DNA from: Methanobacteriota archaeon
GTDB taxonomy: Archaea > Thermoplasmatota > Thermoplasmata > UBA10834
DNA: 64,000 bases
Assembly (NCBI GenBank): GCA_020348345.1
Contig: CP070748.1
Location: 449,210-513,209 of the forward strand
Reading direction: 5' to 3'
In this document: one piece after another, positions 39,818 to 48,979 of the stretch
How the letters are laid out: each line of letters opens with the position of its first letter
Numbering within the stretch: position 1 is the stretch's first letter
The notes under the pieces: generated by a model
What the model saw: the letters and a program-made list of their open reading frames with translations, nothing else
What the model was told of the DNA's origin: nothing
Database searches by the model: none
Program-made: the position numbers and the translations under genes

Positions 39818-39834
39818 AGGGGTGTAACCCCTCT
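39818..39834 (-). terminator. Hairpin after mvhA
   Basis: GAGGGG-N5-CCCCTC, followed by a T run on the minus strand. Confidence 0.45.
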
Positions 39835-39846
39835 TGTCTAAACCGA

Positions 39847-41361
39847 TTAGAAGTTTCTTAGAGTATCTAGCTTCGAACCATCCGCGCGCCTTACATTGAC
39901 CTCAAGCGCAGGCGATCCATTAAGCGCGTGCGTTCCGCAGGAGTTGCACGGGTCGTAGCATCGGAACGCCATCTCAACCTTGTTCAGAAGACCAGGGGAG
40001 ACCTCGCCGTTCTTGATCAAGGCTTTCGCCGCTTGGATAACGCTCGTGTTAATGGCCGCGTAGTTGTTCGTCGTTGCGACTATCATGTTGATCTTCGTGC
40101 ACAGGCCGTCTTTGTCCGAGGCATAGTGGTGTATCAGCGTTCCTCTCGGAGCCTCGCAGATACCTACGCCTTCGGTCGGCTCGTTGACCTCTCCGCGGAT
40201 ATCATCGCTCGTTATGCTCTTGTCGCTGGCTAGTTCAAGCATCCTTTCAGTGGCGTACTGCAGCTCGATGACCCTCGCCCAGTGGAATGCTAGTGTGTGG
40301 TGAACCGGACCTGTCACACCAAGGTCCTTGACCGTCTTTGCCAGCGCTTCATACTCCGCCTGAGCGAGCGGAGTCGTGTAGCCTTCGCAGACATTGATTC
40401 TCCCTAGCGGTCCCACTCTGTAGATGCCGCTCGAAGGTCCGGCCGTGAAGCCGGTCCATCCTACCTGCTTCAGGAATGGCATCTTCATGTAGGTCCAGGG
40501 TTCGACATGCTCGGCGATAACATCCAGATATTCGCTTGGCTTGTACTTCACGACCTCTTTGCCCTCCTGGTCTACAACGCGTATGTCTCCATCGTAGAAG
40601 TTCGTCTTGTTGTCGCTATCGACCATTCCCATGTAGTAGGTCTCGAGGTAGTACGCGTCCTGGTTTAGAACGAGGCCCATGTAGTCCTGGTTGGCCAGCA
40701 CAACGTCGTGCAGCAGCTTGATGGTGAATTTGCCGAACTCCACGCACGACTTCGCCATCTCCTCCATCTGGGCGCGCTCCTCCTCGCTGATCTGCTTGGA
40801 CACGCCTCCAGGGAGACCGAAGCACGGATGCGTGGCCCTCCCGCCGACGATTTCCTGTACCTTCTGACCATACGAACGGTGCTTGATCACCTCTGCGCCG
40901 ATATCGACTCCGACTGCATCAACCACTCCAAGCACGTTCCGCTTGTTCGAGGGTGCGGACGGGCCGAGAACGAAGTCCGGCGCTGCGAGCGCGTAGAAGT
41001 GCGCAATGTGGCTATGGGTGTACTGTCCCATGTAGAACAGCTCTCTGAGCTTCTTCGCCGTCTCGGTAGGCTTTGCATCGAACACAGCATCGAGAGCCTT
41101 GGTCGATGCTATATGATGCGCAGCCGGACACACTCCGCACAGTCTGTTGGTGAGCACCGGCAATTCCTGCACGTGTCTGCCTATACAGAATCGTTCGAAT
41201 CCTCTCAGTTCAGGAACCTGTAGATATGCGTTCGCGACGTTTCCCTCGTCGTTCAGAAATATCTCTATCTTGCCGTGTCCCTCAAGCCTCGTGATCGGGT
41301 CGATCGTTATCTTCTTCTCCGTCGTCTTTGTGGGCGTGTCGTTGATGATTGGTCCTGACAT
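39847..41361 (-). CDS. mvhA: [NiFe] hydrogenase large subunit, MvhA-like (group 3c)
   Basis: TRLEGH, RGFE, RLCGVC (L1), EAPRG, YDPCNSCGTH (L2) with a cleavable tail. Confidence 0.94.
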   Translation of the reverse strand: MSGPIINDTPTKTTEKKITIDPITRLEGHGKIEIFLNDEGNVANAYLQVPELRGFERFCIGRHVQELPVLTNRLCGVCPAAHHIASTKALDAVFDAKPTETAKKLRELFYMGQYTHSHIAHFYALAAPDFVLGPSAPSNKRNVLGVVDAVGVDIGAEVIKHRSYGQKVQEIVGGRATHPCFGLPGGVSKQISEEERAQMEEMAKSCVEFGKFTIKLLHDVVLANQDYMGLVLNQDAYYLETYYMGMVDSDNKTNFYDGDIRVVDQEGKEVVKYKPSEYLDVIAEHVEPWTYMKMPFLKQVGWTGFTAGPSSGIYRVGPLGRINVCEGYTTPLAQAEYEALAKTVKDLGVTGPVHHTLAFHWARVIELQYATERMLELASDKSITSDDIRGEVNEPTEGVGICEAPRGTLIHHYASDKDGLCTKINMIVATTNNYAAINTSVIQAAKALIKNGEVSPGLLNKVEMAFRCYDPCNSCGTHALNGSPALEVNVRRADGSKLDTLRNF

Positions 41362-41367
41362 ATAGCA

Positions 41368-42384
41368 TCACCCCTTCCTCTTGCGTTTCTCGGTCACAGT
41401 TCTCTTGAGCAGCGACTTCGGCAGTGTGAAGGCATAGAATGTCCCGAGTGGGTCCTTCACCTGCATCATTAGTTCCATTATCTGCTCCTCACTTAACTTT
41501 GACTCCGAATCCGTGATGTTCAGCAGCGACGACAGCGCGCTCAGCATACTCCCGCCGTGGTCCATGACCGCCTTCGTCGGGCCCATGCAACCCCTGCAGG
41601 GCATGTTGGCTTTCGGGCACATCGAGCCGCATCCAGCTCTCGTCGCTGGGCCAATGCAGATGATCCCCTGATCGAGAAGGCACTTCTTCGGGTCCGCCTT
41701 GATCTCGTATGACTGGTAGATCTTCTCGATCCGTCTTCCCGTCTCGACGCGCTCGCGGTCGCACTCGTCGCACAGGGTCTTGTCCGAAGCGATAACAGCG
41801 CCTTTGGGTGGCAGATCCGCCCCCTCTGTGACGTGCTTCGCCACTGCATCCACTGCCAGAGCGATGAGGTTCACCGTCGGCGGGCATCCCGGCATGAAGT
41901 AGTCCACATCCACAACCTCGTCAAGGGTTTTGACGCTGTCATAGAATTCCGGGAGGTCCAATTCGCCCTCGGGCACCTTCAGCTGTGTCTGAGGCGTTAC
42001 GAAATCGGGGTTGTCCGTCGAGGCGGTGTCCTTGTAGACCGTCTGGAAGACCTCCTTCTTGTTCGTTACATTTGCCAAGCCTGGCGTCCCACCGAAGCAG
42101 GCGCACGATCCAAACGCAATCATCACCGCCGACTTCTCCCGAAGCACCTTCGCCACATGCTCGTTTTCGCTGTTACGTATCGCACCGTTGTAGAACGATA
42201 CGGTGATCGATTTGTCTGGCATAGCCTCTATCTCGGAGAGTTTCCCGTCGAATCCGATCGGCCAGAATACCACCTCGGCTATGGCATGCACATCCAGTAT
42301 CTTCGCATCTATATCCAGCAGGGCAACGTCGCATCCTCCGCAACCAGCCCCCCAGTACTGCGCTATCTTGATCTTGTCTGCCAT
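41368..42384 (-). CDS. mvhG: [NiFe] hydrogenase small subunit, MvhG-like
   Basis: GCGGC, FGSCA, PGCPP, CDEC, CIGP.T..GC...CP...PCRGC. Confidence 0.93.
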   Translation of the reverse strand: MADKIKIAQYWGAGCGGCDVALLDIDAKILDVHAIAEVVFWPIGFDGKLSEIEAMPDKSITVSFYNGAIRNSENEHVAKVLREKSAVMIAFGSCACFGGTPGLANVTNKKEVFQTVYKDTASTDNPDFVTPQTQLKVPEGELDLPEFYDSVKTLDEVVDVDYFMPGCPPTVNLIALAVDAVAKHVTEGADLPPKGAVIASDKTLCDECDRERVETGRRIEKIYQSYEIKADPKKCLLDQGIICIGPATRAGCGSMCPKANMPCRGCMGPTKAVMDHGGSMLSALSSLLNITDSESKLSEEQIMELMMQVKDPLGTFYAFTLPKSLLKRTVTEKRKRKG

Positions 42385-42385
42385 C

Positions 42386-42769
42386 TCAGCTCACCTCCTC
42401 GTTCGAAGGTTGGCTTCTCGGAACAGCCTTGTACTGCGGCGACTGTCCGGTCGTGCCGACCTGCTCGATCATCCTCCACCTCTTCAGGGCAATGATGTGC
42501 TGGACGATCTCCGGCTTCGATATGCCCGTCGCGTCGTGCAGCTCGTGCACGGTTCTGGGCTGCTGTTCCATCTGGAGGAGCAGCATGTTTCGCTCCAACT
42601 CCACGGCGGCCGCCTTCTGGAGTATGAAGCTGTATCTCGCATCCGTGATCGTCTCGCCGAACACGTTCTCGCCGGTCGTCAGCGTCTCCTTCTTGCCGAG
42701 GAGCCACCGTATGCGCTCGCCCTCGAGGGTTTTGAGCGCAGCCCGTATCTTGACGTTCCGCGAAGTCAT
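42386..42769 (-). CDS. Small winged-helix protein homologous to the C-terminal extension of the MvhD at 46268-47092
   Basis: RWLLGK..ENVFGE..ELER..PRTVHEL..HIIAL..SPQY aligns by eye with KALVGK..GNAYGE..EFER..PMSVKQL..HIVLL..TPVY. Confidence 0.8.
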   Translation of the reverse strand: MTSRNVKIRAALKTLEGERIRWLLGKKETLTTGENVFGETITDARYSFILQKAAAVELERNMLLLQMEQQPRTVHELHDATGISKPEIVQHIIALKRWRMIEQVGTTGQSPQYKAVPRSQPSNEEVS

Positions 42770-42771
42770 CT

Positions 42772-43233
42772 TCAGTCACCACCTCTGACAGGGGACGGGC
42801 CCAGCTCGTTGACAACGTCCGTGAACTCCACTATCGTCTTCTGGAACCTCTCCCCCTCGCCGGCGGATATCCACTCGAGCTTCAATCGTCCAGGATCGAA
42901 GCCGAACTGCTGAAGCAGTATCCTCAGGAGAGCGATCCTCCTGCGAGTCCTGTAGTTACCTCCGATGTAGTGACAGTCCGCCGGATGGCACCCAGCGACC
43001 AGCACTCCGTCCGCGCCCTTCTGGAACGCTCTCAGAACGAACTCCGGGTCCACTCTCGCGGAGCACATGACCCTGATCACCCTGAAGTGAGGGGGCATCT
43101 GTAATCTGCTTACGCCTGCCAGGTCCGCGCCCGCGTATGAACACCAGTTGCAGCAGAATACGAGGATCCTTGGTTCGAAATCCTCCTGTTCCAACTTGTG
43201 CTCGCCTCCTGCATTTGGGGTCGCACTGCTCAT
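42772..43233 (-). CDS. mvhD: MvhD [2Fe-2S] subunit (copy 4)
   Basis: [26 protein letters not shown]. Confidence 0.93.
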   Translation of the reverse strand: MSSATPNAGGEHKLEQEDFEPRILVFCCNWCSYAGADLAGVSRLQMPPHFRVIRVMCSARVDPEFVLRAFQKGADGVLVAGCHPADCHYIGGNYRTRRRIALLRILLQQFGFDPGRLKLEWISAGEGERFQKTIVEFTDVVNELGPSPVRGGD

Positions 43234-46200
43234 TGCTTCACCTCCTGCTTTCCGAGGAGCCCCTCAAGCGCCGCATCGATCATAGCCACGATCTGCTCGT
43301 CTTTGAATCCCTTCTGTGTCAACGCACCTGACGGGCACGCGCCCACGCACGCGCCACAGCCCTTGCACAGGCCCACGTTGACATCTACGAGCTTCTTAGT
43401 CTCGTCCTTCTTGTCGACGATGATCTCGAGCGCCTTGTATTCGCATGTCGGGACGCAGATGCCGCAGCCGTCGCAGAGAGTCTCATCCAAACTCGCCACT
43501 ATGCCTTCGGCTTCAAGAGTCTTCTTGGACAGTACCGTCATCGCGCGCGCAACGGCGGCGAGACCCTGCCCGATGCTCTCATCGAGGAATTTGGGTCCGT
43601 GCGACAGGCCTGCCAGATAAACCCCCTCCGTCGCGAAGTCGACTGGCCTCAGCTTCATGTGCGCCTCGAGGAAGAAGCCCTCCTTGGTCATCGGGACCTT
43701 GAGCATCGGCGCGAGCGCCTCCGACTCCGGATAGGGCCGTGTGCCCGATGCGAGCACGAGGTAATCGGAGGTCAGGACGACCTCCTTGTCCGTGTCCTCA
43801 TCGGTGACCGTAACCTGCAGCTTGCCTCCCTTGTCCTCGACCTTCGGCTTGACGTCGTCCTCGAACCTGATGAACGTCACGCCCTTCTCGGCCGCGTCCT
43901 TATAGTAGGCCTCTCTGAAACCGTAGGTCCGGATGTCCCTGTAGAGAACGTACACCTTCGCCTCGGGGTTCTTCTCCTTTACCTTGATCGCCGCGGTCAT
44001 CGTTCCTGTGCAGCAGACACGCGAACAGTTCGGATGTCCCTCTTCTCTGGAGCCAACACACTGGATGAACACGTACGAATCGCCCTTGGCCTCGTCCTTC
44101 TTGAGCTTCTCCTTGAACTCGAGAAGTGTGAGCACGTTGGGGTTCTCGCCATAGAGATACTCTCCCTCCGGCTTGTACTCCTGACCGCCCACTGCCAGTA
44201 TAACGACGCCGTGCTCGATCTCCTCTCCGCTGTCGAGCGCGGTCTTGAAGTTCCCCACGTATCCGTCTATATTCTTCACTCCGGTGCCGGTGTGCACGGT
44301 GATGTTGTCGTTCGACATGACCTCCTTGGCCAGCGCATCCGCATGCTCTGTCGGGTCCTCGCCGGACGGCAGATAGTGTAGCTTGCGCAAGTTGCCTCCG
44401 AGCTCCTTCTCCTTCTCGACCAGATGCACCTTCACTCCCTGCTTCGCCATCTCGAGCGCGGCGATCATCCCGGTAGCGCCTCCACCTATTACCAGAGCCT
44501 GTTGGTTCACATCGATGGTCAGGTTCTCCAGTGGCTCCAGCAGCCGGGCCTTCGCCACAGCCATTCGAACCAGGTCCTTCGCCTTCTTCGTGGCAGCCGG
44601 CGCCTCGTGCATGTGGATCCATGAGCACTGGTCCCGTATGTTCGCCATCTCGAACAGATACGAGTTCAGGCCCGCCTCCTTGATGGTGTTCTGGAAGAGC
44701 GGCTCATGCGTCCGGGGCGTGCAGCTCGCCACGACGACCCGGTTGAGCTCGTGCTCCTTGATCATCTCCTTTATCTTCTCCTGGGTATCCTGCGAGCAGG
44801 TGTACAGATTCTCCTCGGCGTATGCGACGTTCGGGAGCGTCCTGGCGTACTCGGCGACTGATGGAACGTTCACCACGCCTCCGATGTTTATGCCGCAGTG
44901 ACATACAAAGACGCCTATGCGAGGCTCCTGGCCCGTTATGTCCAGCTCCTCAGGGTATTCCTTCATGGTGACCAGGCTGTCCCTTGCGGAGGCTATCTCG
45001 GTGGCGGCCTTTGCCGCAGCGCCACTCGCCTCGGCGACGGTCATCGGGATGTCCTTGGGAGATGAGAACGCTCCGCTGACGAAGACGCCCTGCTTGGAAG
45101 AGCTGACCGGGTCGAATACCGTGGTCCGGCAGAAACCGTCCGTGTTCAGATCGAAGCCCATGACCTTGCTCAGAGCCTCCGCGTCCTGCGGCGGCTTCAG
45201 TCCAACGGCGAGAACCACCAGGCCGAATTCCTCCTCCTTCGGTTCGCCCTTCTCGACATACTTGACGACCAGGTTCTTCGTCTCTGGATCCTCGAAGACG
45301 GATGCGACCCTCGAACGCACAAACTCTATGCCGTACTCGTTCTGCGCCCTGTTGTAGTACTCGTCAAACTCCTTGCCAAACGCCCTCATGTCCATGAAGA
45401 ACACCTTGGGCTTGATGTCTCCTCCATGCTCCTTGGCGATTATCGCTTCCTTGATCGAGTACATGCAGCAGACGCCCGAGCAGTACTCGTTTCCGACCTG
45501 CTCGTCCCTCGAGCCCACGCACTGTATGAACGCGATCTTCTCGGGTATGTCTCCATCCGAAGGGCGCAATACGGTGCCGAAGTAGGGCCCCGTGGCGCTG
45601 AGCATCCTCTCGAACTCGATGCTGGTCACGACGTTCTTGTAGACGCCGTATCCGTATTCTCCCTTCATGCGAGCGTCGAACTCGTCGAAGCCTGGAGACA
45701 GTATGATGGAACCCACCTTGATCTCCGAGGTGCTCTCCTCCTGATCGTATACGACCGCCTTGGCCTTGCACTCCTCCGCGCAGATGCCGCAGCCGATGCA
45801 CTTGTCCTTGTCGATGGAGTACACCAGAGGAACCGCCTGCGGGTAGCGGACGTATATCGCCTTGCGAACCTTCGTGTTCTCGTTGTACTCGTCAGAGGTC
45901 TCGATCGGGCAAGTCTGTGCGCACGAACCGCAGCCCGTGCACTTCGCTGGGTCTACCCTCAACGCCCTCTGCTTGACAGTGACGGTGAAATCGCCCGCCT
46001 GGCCGTCCACTGACATGATGTCCGCGTTCGTGACCAGGCTTATGTTGTGGTGTCTTCCCGTCGACACGAGCTTCGGCGCCATGATGCACATCGCACAGTC
46101 GTTCGTCGGGAAGGTCTTGTCCAACTGGGCCATCGTGCCTCCTATGCTGGGCTGCTTCTCGACGAGATATACCTTGAATCCGGAGTCGGCTAGGTCAAGG

Positions 46201-46271
46201 GCGGATTGCAGGCCTGATATCCCTCCTCCGACCACCATGACTGCGCCAACCTTGTCAGTAGCTGCCATCAC
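43230..46271 (-). CDS. hdrA: Tandem (double-FAD) HdrA-like flavoprotein, 1013 aa
   Basis: Two GGG.(S/T)G FAD motifs, [10 protein letters not shown], internal VFVCHCG domain, two IQCVGSR..CC motifs, ferredoxin motifs. Confidence 0.9.
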   Translation of the reverse strand: MMAATDKVGAVMVVGGGISGLQSALDLADSGFKVYLVEKQPSIGGTMAQLDKTFPTNDCAMCIMAPKLVSTGRHHNISLVTNADIMSVDGQAGDFTVTVKQRALRVDPAKCTGCGSCAQTCPIETSDEYNENTKVRKAIYVRYPQAVPLVYSIDKDKCIGCGICAEECKAKAVVYDQEESTSEIKVGSIILSPGFDEFDARMKGEYGYGVYKNVVTSIEFERMLSATGPYFGTVLRPSDGDIPEKIAFIQCVGSRDEQVGNEYCSGVCCMYSIKEAIIAKEHGGDIKPKVFFMDMRAFGKEFDEYYNRAQNEYGIEFVRSRVASVFEDPETKNLVVKYVEKGEPKEEEFGLVVLAVGLKPPQDAEALSKVMGFDLNTDGFCRTTVFDPVSSSKQGVFVSGAFSSPKDIPMTVAEASGAAAKAATEIASARDSLVTMKEYPEELDITGQEPRIGVFVCHCGINIGGVVNVPSVAEYARTLPNVAYAEENLYTCSQDTQEKIKEMIKEHELNRVVVASCTPRTHEPLFQNTIKEAGLNSYLFEMANIRDQCSWIHMHEAPAATKKAKDLVRMAVAKARLLEPLENLTIDVNQQALVIGGGATGMIAALEMAKQGVKVHLVEKEKELGGNLRKLHYLPSGEDPTEHADALAKEVMSNDNITVHTGTGVKNIDGYVGNFKTALDSGEEIEHGVVILAVGGQEYKPEGEYLYGENPNVLTLLEFKEKLKKDEAKGDSYVFIQCVGSREEGHPNCSRVCCTGTMTAAIKVKEKNPEAKVYVLYRDIRTYGFREAYYKDAAEKGVTFIRFEDDVKPKVEDKGGKLQVTVTDEDTDKEVVLTSDYLVLASGTRPYPESEALAPMLKVPMTKEGFFLEAHMKLRPVDFATEGVYLAGLSHGPKFLDESIGQGLAAVARAMTVLSKKTLEAEGIVASLDETLCDGCGICVPTCEYKALEIIVDKKDETKKLVDVNVGLCKGCGACVGACPSGALTQKGFKDEQIVAMIDAALEGLLGKQEVKQ

Positions 46272-47092
46272 TGCTCACCCCCAATTGCGATGGTCTTGTA
46301 GACCGGAGTGAATCCCTCCGGGTGCTCCATCGCGATCTTGCTGTTCTGCCTAAGCAGAACGATGTGTCTGAGTATCTTGTCGGTAGGGACGTCCATGACC
46401 ATGCCCAACTGCTTGACCGACATCGGCCGTATCCTCGCGAGTTCAAGTATGAGCGCCCTCTCGAACTCGTCCTGGGTAGCCACGTCTATTACGCCAGTCA
46501 GCTTCTCAGCGTCCACCTCCTCACCGTACGCGTTCCCTTTTGAGAGAAGATTGAACTCCTTGCCGACCAGAGCCTTCAGCCTGAATGTCTGGGAAGCGTC
46601 GTCGGCGGCGGAGACCTTCGCCTTCATCATGTCGTCCGAACGCACCTTGCTGGGTCCCAGCTTCTGTATCCCCTCCGTGAACTCAGTGACCACCTTGGAG
46701 AACTTCTCGCCTTCGGATGCAGAGACCCATTCGAGCCTCAGCCTGCCTTCGTCAATCCCCGCCTCCTTGAGGAGCCTCTTCATGAGTTCCACGCGCTTCT
46801 CGGTGTGGAAGTTGCCTGTCATGTAGTGGCAGTCGTTGAGGTGGCAGCCTCCGATGAGTATCCCGTCGGCACCCGCCTCAAAGACGTCGAGCACCAGGTG
46901 CGGGCTCACTCTCGTGGAGCACATGACCCTGACGAGACGTATGTTCGTCGGATACTGGAATCTGCTTACTCCACATAGGTCCGCGCCGGCGTACGAGCAC
47001 CAGTTGCATAGGAAGCCGACAATCTTCGGCTCCCACTCCTTGTCCGGCTCGTGCTTCTTGCCGTGATGAGCGGTGTGATGCTTTTGCGCCAT
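46268..47092 (-). CDS. mvhD: MvhD fused to a C-terminal wHTH-like domain, with a His-rich N-terminus (copy 3)
   Basis: MAQKHHTAHHGKKH; CNWCSY, GCHLNDCHY; C-terminal extension of about 120 aa. Confidence 0.88.
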   Translation of the reverse strand: MAQKHHTAHHGKKHEPDKEWEPKIVGFLCNWCSYAGADLCGVSRFQYPTNIRLVRVMCSTRVSPHLVLDVFEAGADGILIGGCHLNDCHYMTGNFHTEKRVELMKRLLKEAGIDEGRLRLEWVSASEGEKFSKVVTEFTEGIQKLGPSKVRSDDMMKAKVSAADDASQTFRLKALVGKEFNLLSKGNAYGEEVDAEKLTGVIDVATQDEFERALILELARIRPMSVKQLGMVMDVPTDKILRHIVLLRQNSKIAMEHPEGFTPVYKTIAIGGEQ

Positions 47093-47095
47093 CTA

Positions 47096-48973
47096 TCACA
47101 CCTCCTCCAAGGCCGCTTTGGCCTCCGCAAGCAGCTGCTGGTCGGTGTAATGCGTCATTGTGATCGCCCCCTCCGGGCATGTGGCGCCGCAGCAACCGCA
47201 GCCCTTGCACGCGGCGACGATAACCTCGCTGATGCCATCGTCGTTCTTTCTCAGAGCGCCGTACGGGCACACCTCGACGCATGTTCCGCAGCCGGTACAT
47301 TTCGTCTCATCGACTCTCGATGTGAGAGCCTCGGCCTGAACGTAACCGTTCGCGAGAGGTATCGCCGCTCTTGAGGCAGCGGCCGAAGCCTGGGATGCCG
47401 CCTCTGCGATGTCCGCCGGTCCTCTGCAGGTTCCGCACACATAGACGCCGTCCGTCGCGAAGTCGACCGGTCTCAGCTTGACATGTGCCTCCTGGAAGAA
47501 GCCGTCCTGGCCCAATGGCACCTTGAGCAGCTGGGACAGAGTGGCGGCGTCTGGCTGTGACACGAGCGGGGTAGAGAGTATGACCATATCAACCGGCATG
47601 GTCCTCTCCATCTTCAGCGTCTCGTGGAAATATCCAACCTCGAGCTTCCCGTCCTTCGTTGATACCTTCGGGAGGTTGTCCGGCAAGTATCTGATGAACT
47701 TGACCCTCTTTTCTCTGGCCTTGTTGAACTCCAGCTCGTGTTCGACGCCATACGCCATCACGTCCCTGTTGAACACCGTGATCTCCACTCCGCTGGATGG
47801 GGCACCGCCTTCGTCGGCAGCCTCGTCGGCCTCTCGCCTGCCTCTGCCGCGTCTCCTTCGCCTCCTCTCAAGTCCCTCATCCTCCGCCTTCATCTCGGCA
47901 GCAGGTTCCTCGACGACCTGGCCGGCTTCCGCCTCTGCCTTCTCCTCGGTCGCGCCGAGCATGTTGTCTCGGTTCTCAGCTATGTTGATCGCCGTCTTGA
48001 TTGCGACATTGCAGCAGATCCTGGAGCAGTACGAGACCTTCTGTCCTCTTGCTCCAGCGCATTGTATGAAAGCGACGCTCTTCAGCTTGGGAATCTCCTT
48101 CTTGTTGCAGAGTTCCTCGAATTCCATGGACGTGACGACGTTCGGATGTTCCTTGTAACCGAACAGGCCCTCCGGTACCAGCGGGATCGCGCCCGTGGCA
48201 ACGATGATGGCGCCCACCTTGACCTCCTTGGACTCAGATCCTTCTGTGCCTATGGAGACATCGTAATTCCCTATGAATCCCTCCACGGTCGCAACGTGCG
48301 AGTTGACGTACTGTGTGATGTTCTTCTGGGCGTTCACCTTGTCGATGAGTGGCTGAATGGCCTCGTTTGCGCTCTTCTTCGTCATCATCAGACCGTGCAG
48401 GTTCTTCACAAATCCTCCGAGTTCCTTCTCCTTCTCGACCAGATGCACGGGGAATCCCATGTTAGCGAGCGAAAGCGCTGCCGTCATTCCGGCAACTCCG
48501 CCTCCGACGACGAGAGCGGCAGGCGTAACATCGATCTTCGTCTCCTCCTGAGGCTCCAGGAATCGAGCCCTCGCCACGCCCATCCTTACCAGGTCCTTGG
48601 CCTTCTGGGTCGCCTTCTCCTTCTCCTTCATGTGAACCCATGAACAGTGCTCACGTATGTTGACGAAAGTGAACATGTACTTGTTTACGCCAGCAGCCTC
48701 GCACGTGCGCTGGAATAGCGGGGCATGAGTCCGCGGTGTGCAGCTCGAGACCACCACTCTGTCCAGGTTGTGCTCTTTGATGCTCTCCTTGATGTTATTG
48801 AGGCCGTCCTCGGCACATGTGTAGAGGTTGTCTGTGGCGTACACGACGTCCGGAAGGGTCGACGCGTACTCGGTCACGGCCTTGACATCGACGAATCCGC
48901 CTATGTTCGAGCCGCAGTGGCAGATGAATACTCCGATCCGTGGCTTCTTCTCAATGTTTGTGTCTTCGGGCAT
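47096..48973 (-). CDS. HdrA-like flavoprotein lacking the ferredoxin insertion (C-terminal half of a split HdrL)
   Basis: VFICHCG N-domain, [20 protein letters not shown]-terminal 2x[4Fe-4S]; charged low-complexity insert. Confidence 0.87.
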   Translation of the reverse strand: MPEDTNIEKKPRIGVFICHCGSNIGGFVDVKAVTEYASTLPDVVYATDNLYTCAEDGLNNIKESIKEHNLDRVVVSSCTPRTHAPLFQRTCEAAGVNKYMFTFVNIREHCSWVHMKEKEKATQKAKDLVRMGVARARFLEPQEETKIDVTPAALVVGGGVAGMTAALSLANMGFPVHLVEKEKELGGFVKNLHGLMMTKKSANEAIQPLIDKVNAQKNITQYVNSHVATVEGFIGNYDVSIGTEGSESKEVKVGAIIVATGAIPLVPEGLFGYKEHPNVVTSMEFEELCNKKEIPKLKSVAFIQCAGARGQKVSYCSRICCNVAIKTAINIAENRDNMLGATEEKAEAEAGQVVEEPAAEMKAEDEGLERRRRRRGRGRREADEAADEGGAPSSGVEITVFNRDVMAYGVEHELEFNKAREKRVKFIRYLPDNLPKVSTKDGKLEVGYFHETLKMERTMPVDMVILSTPLVSQPDAATLSQLLKVPLGQDGFFQEAHVKLRPVDFATDGVYVCGTCRGPADIAEAASQASAAASRAAIPLANGYVQAEALTSRVDETKCTGCGTCVEVCPYGALRKNDDGISEVIVAACKGCGCCGATCPEGAITMTHYTDQQLLAEAKAALEEV

Positions 48974-48979
48974 GTCTGT

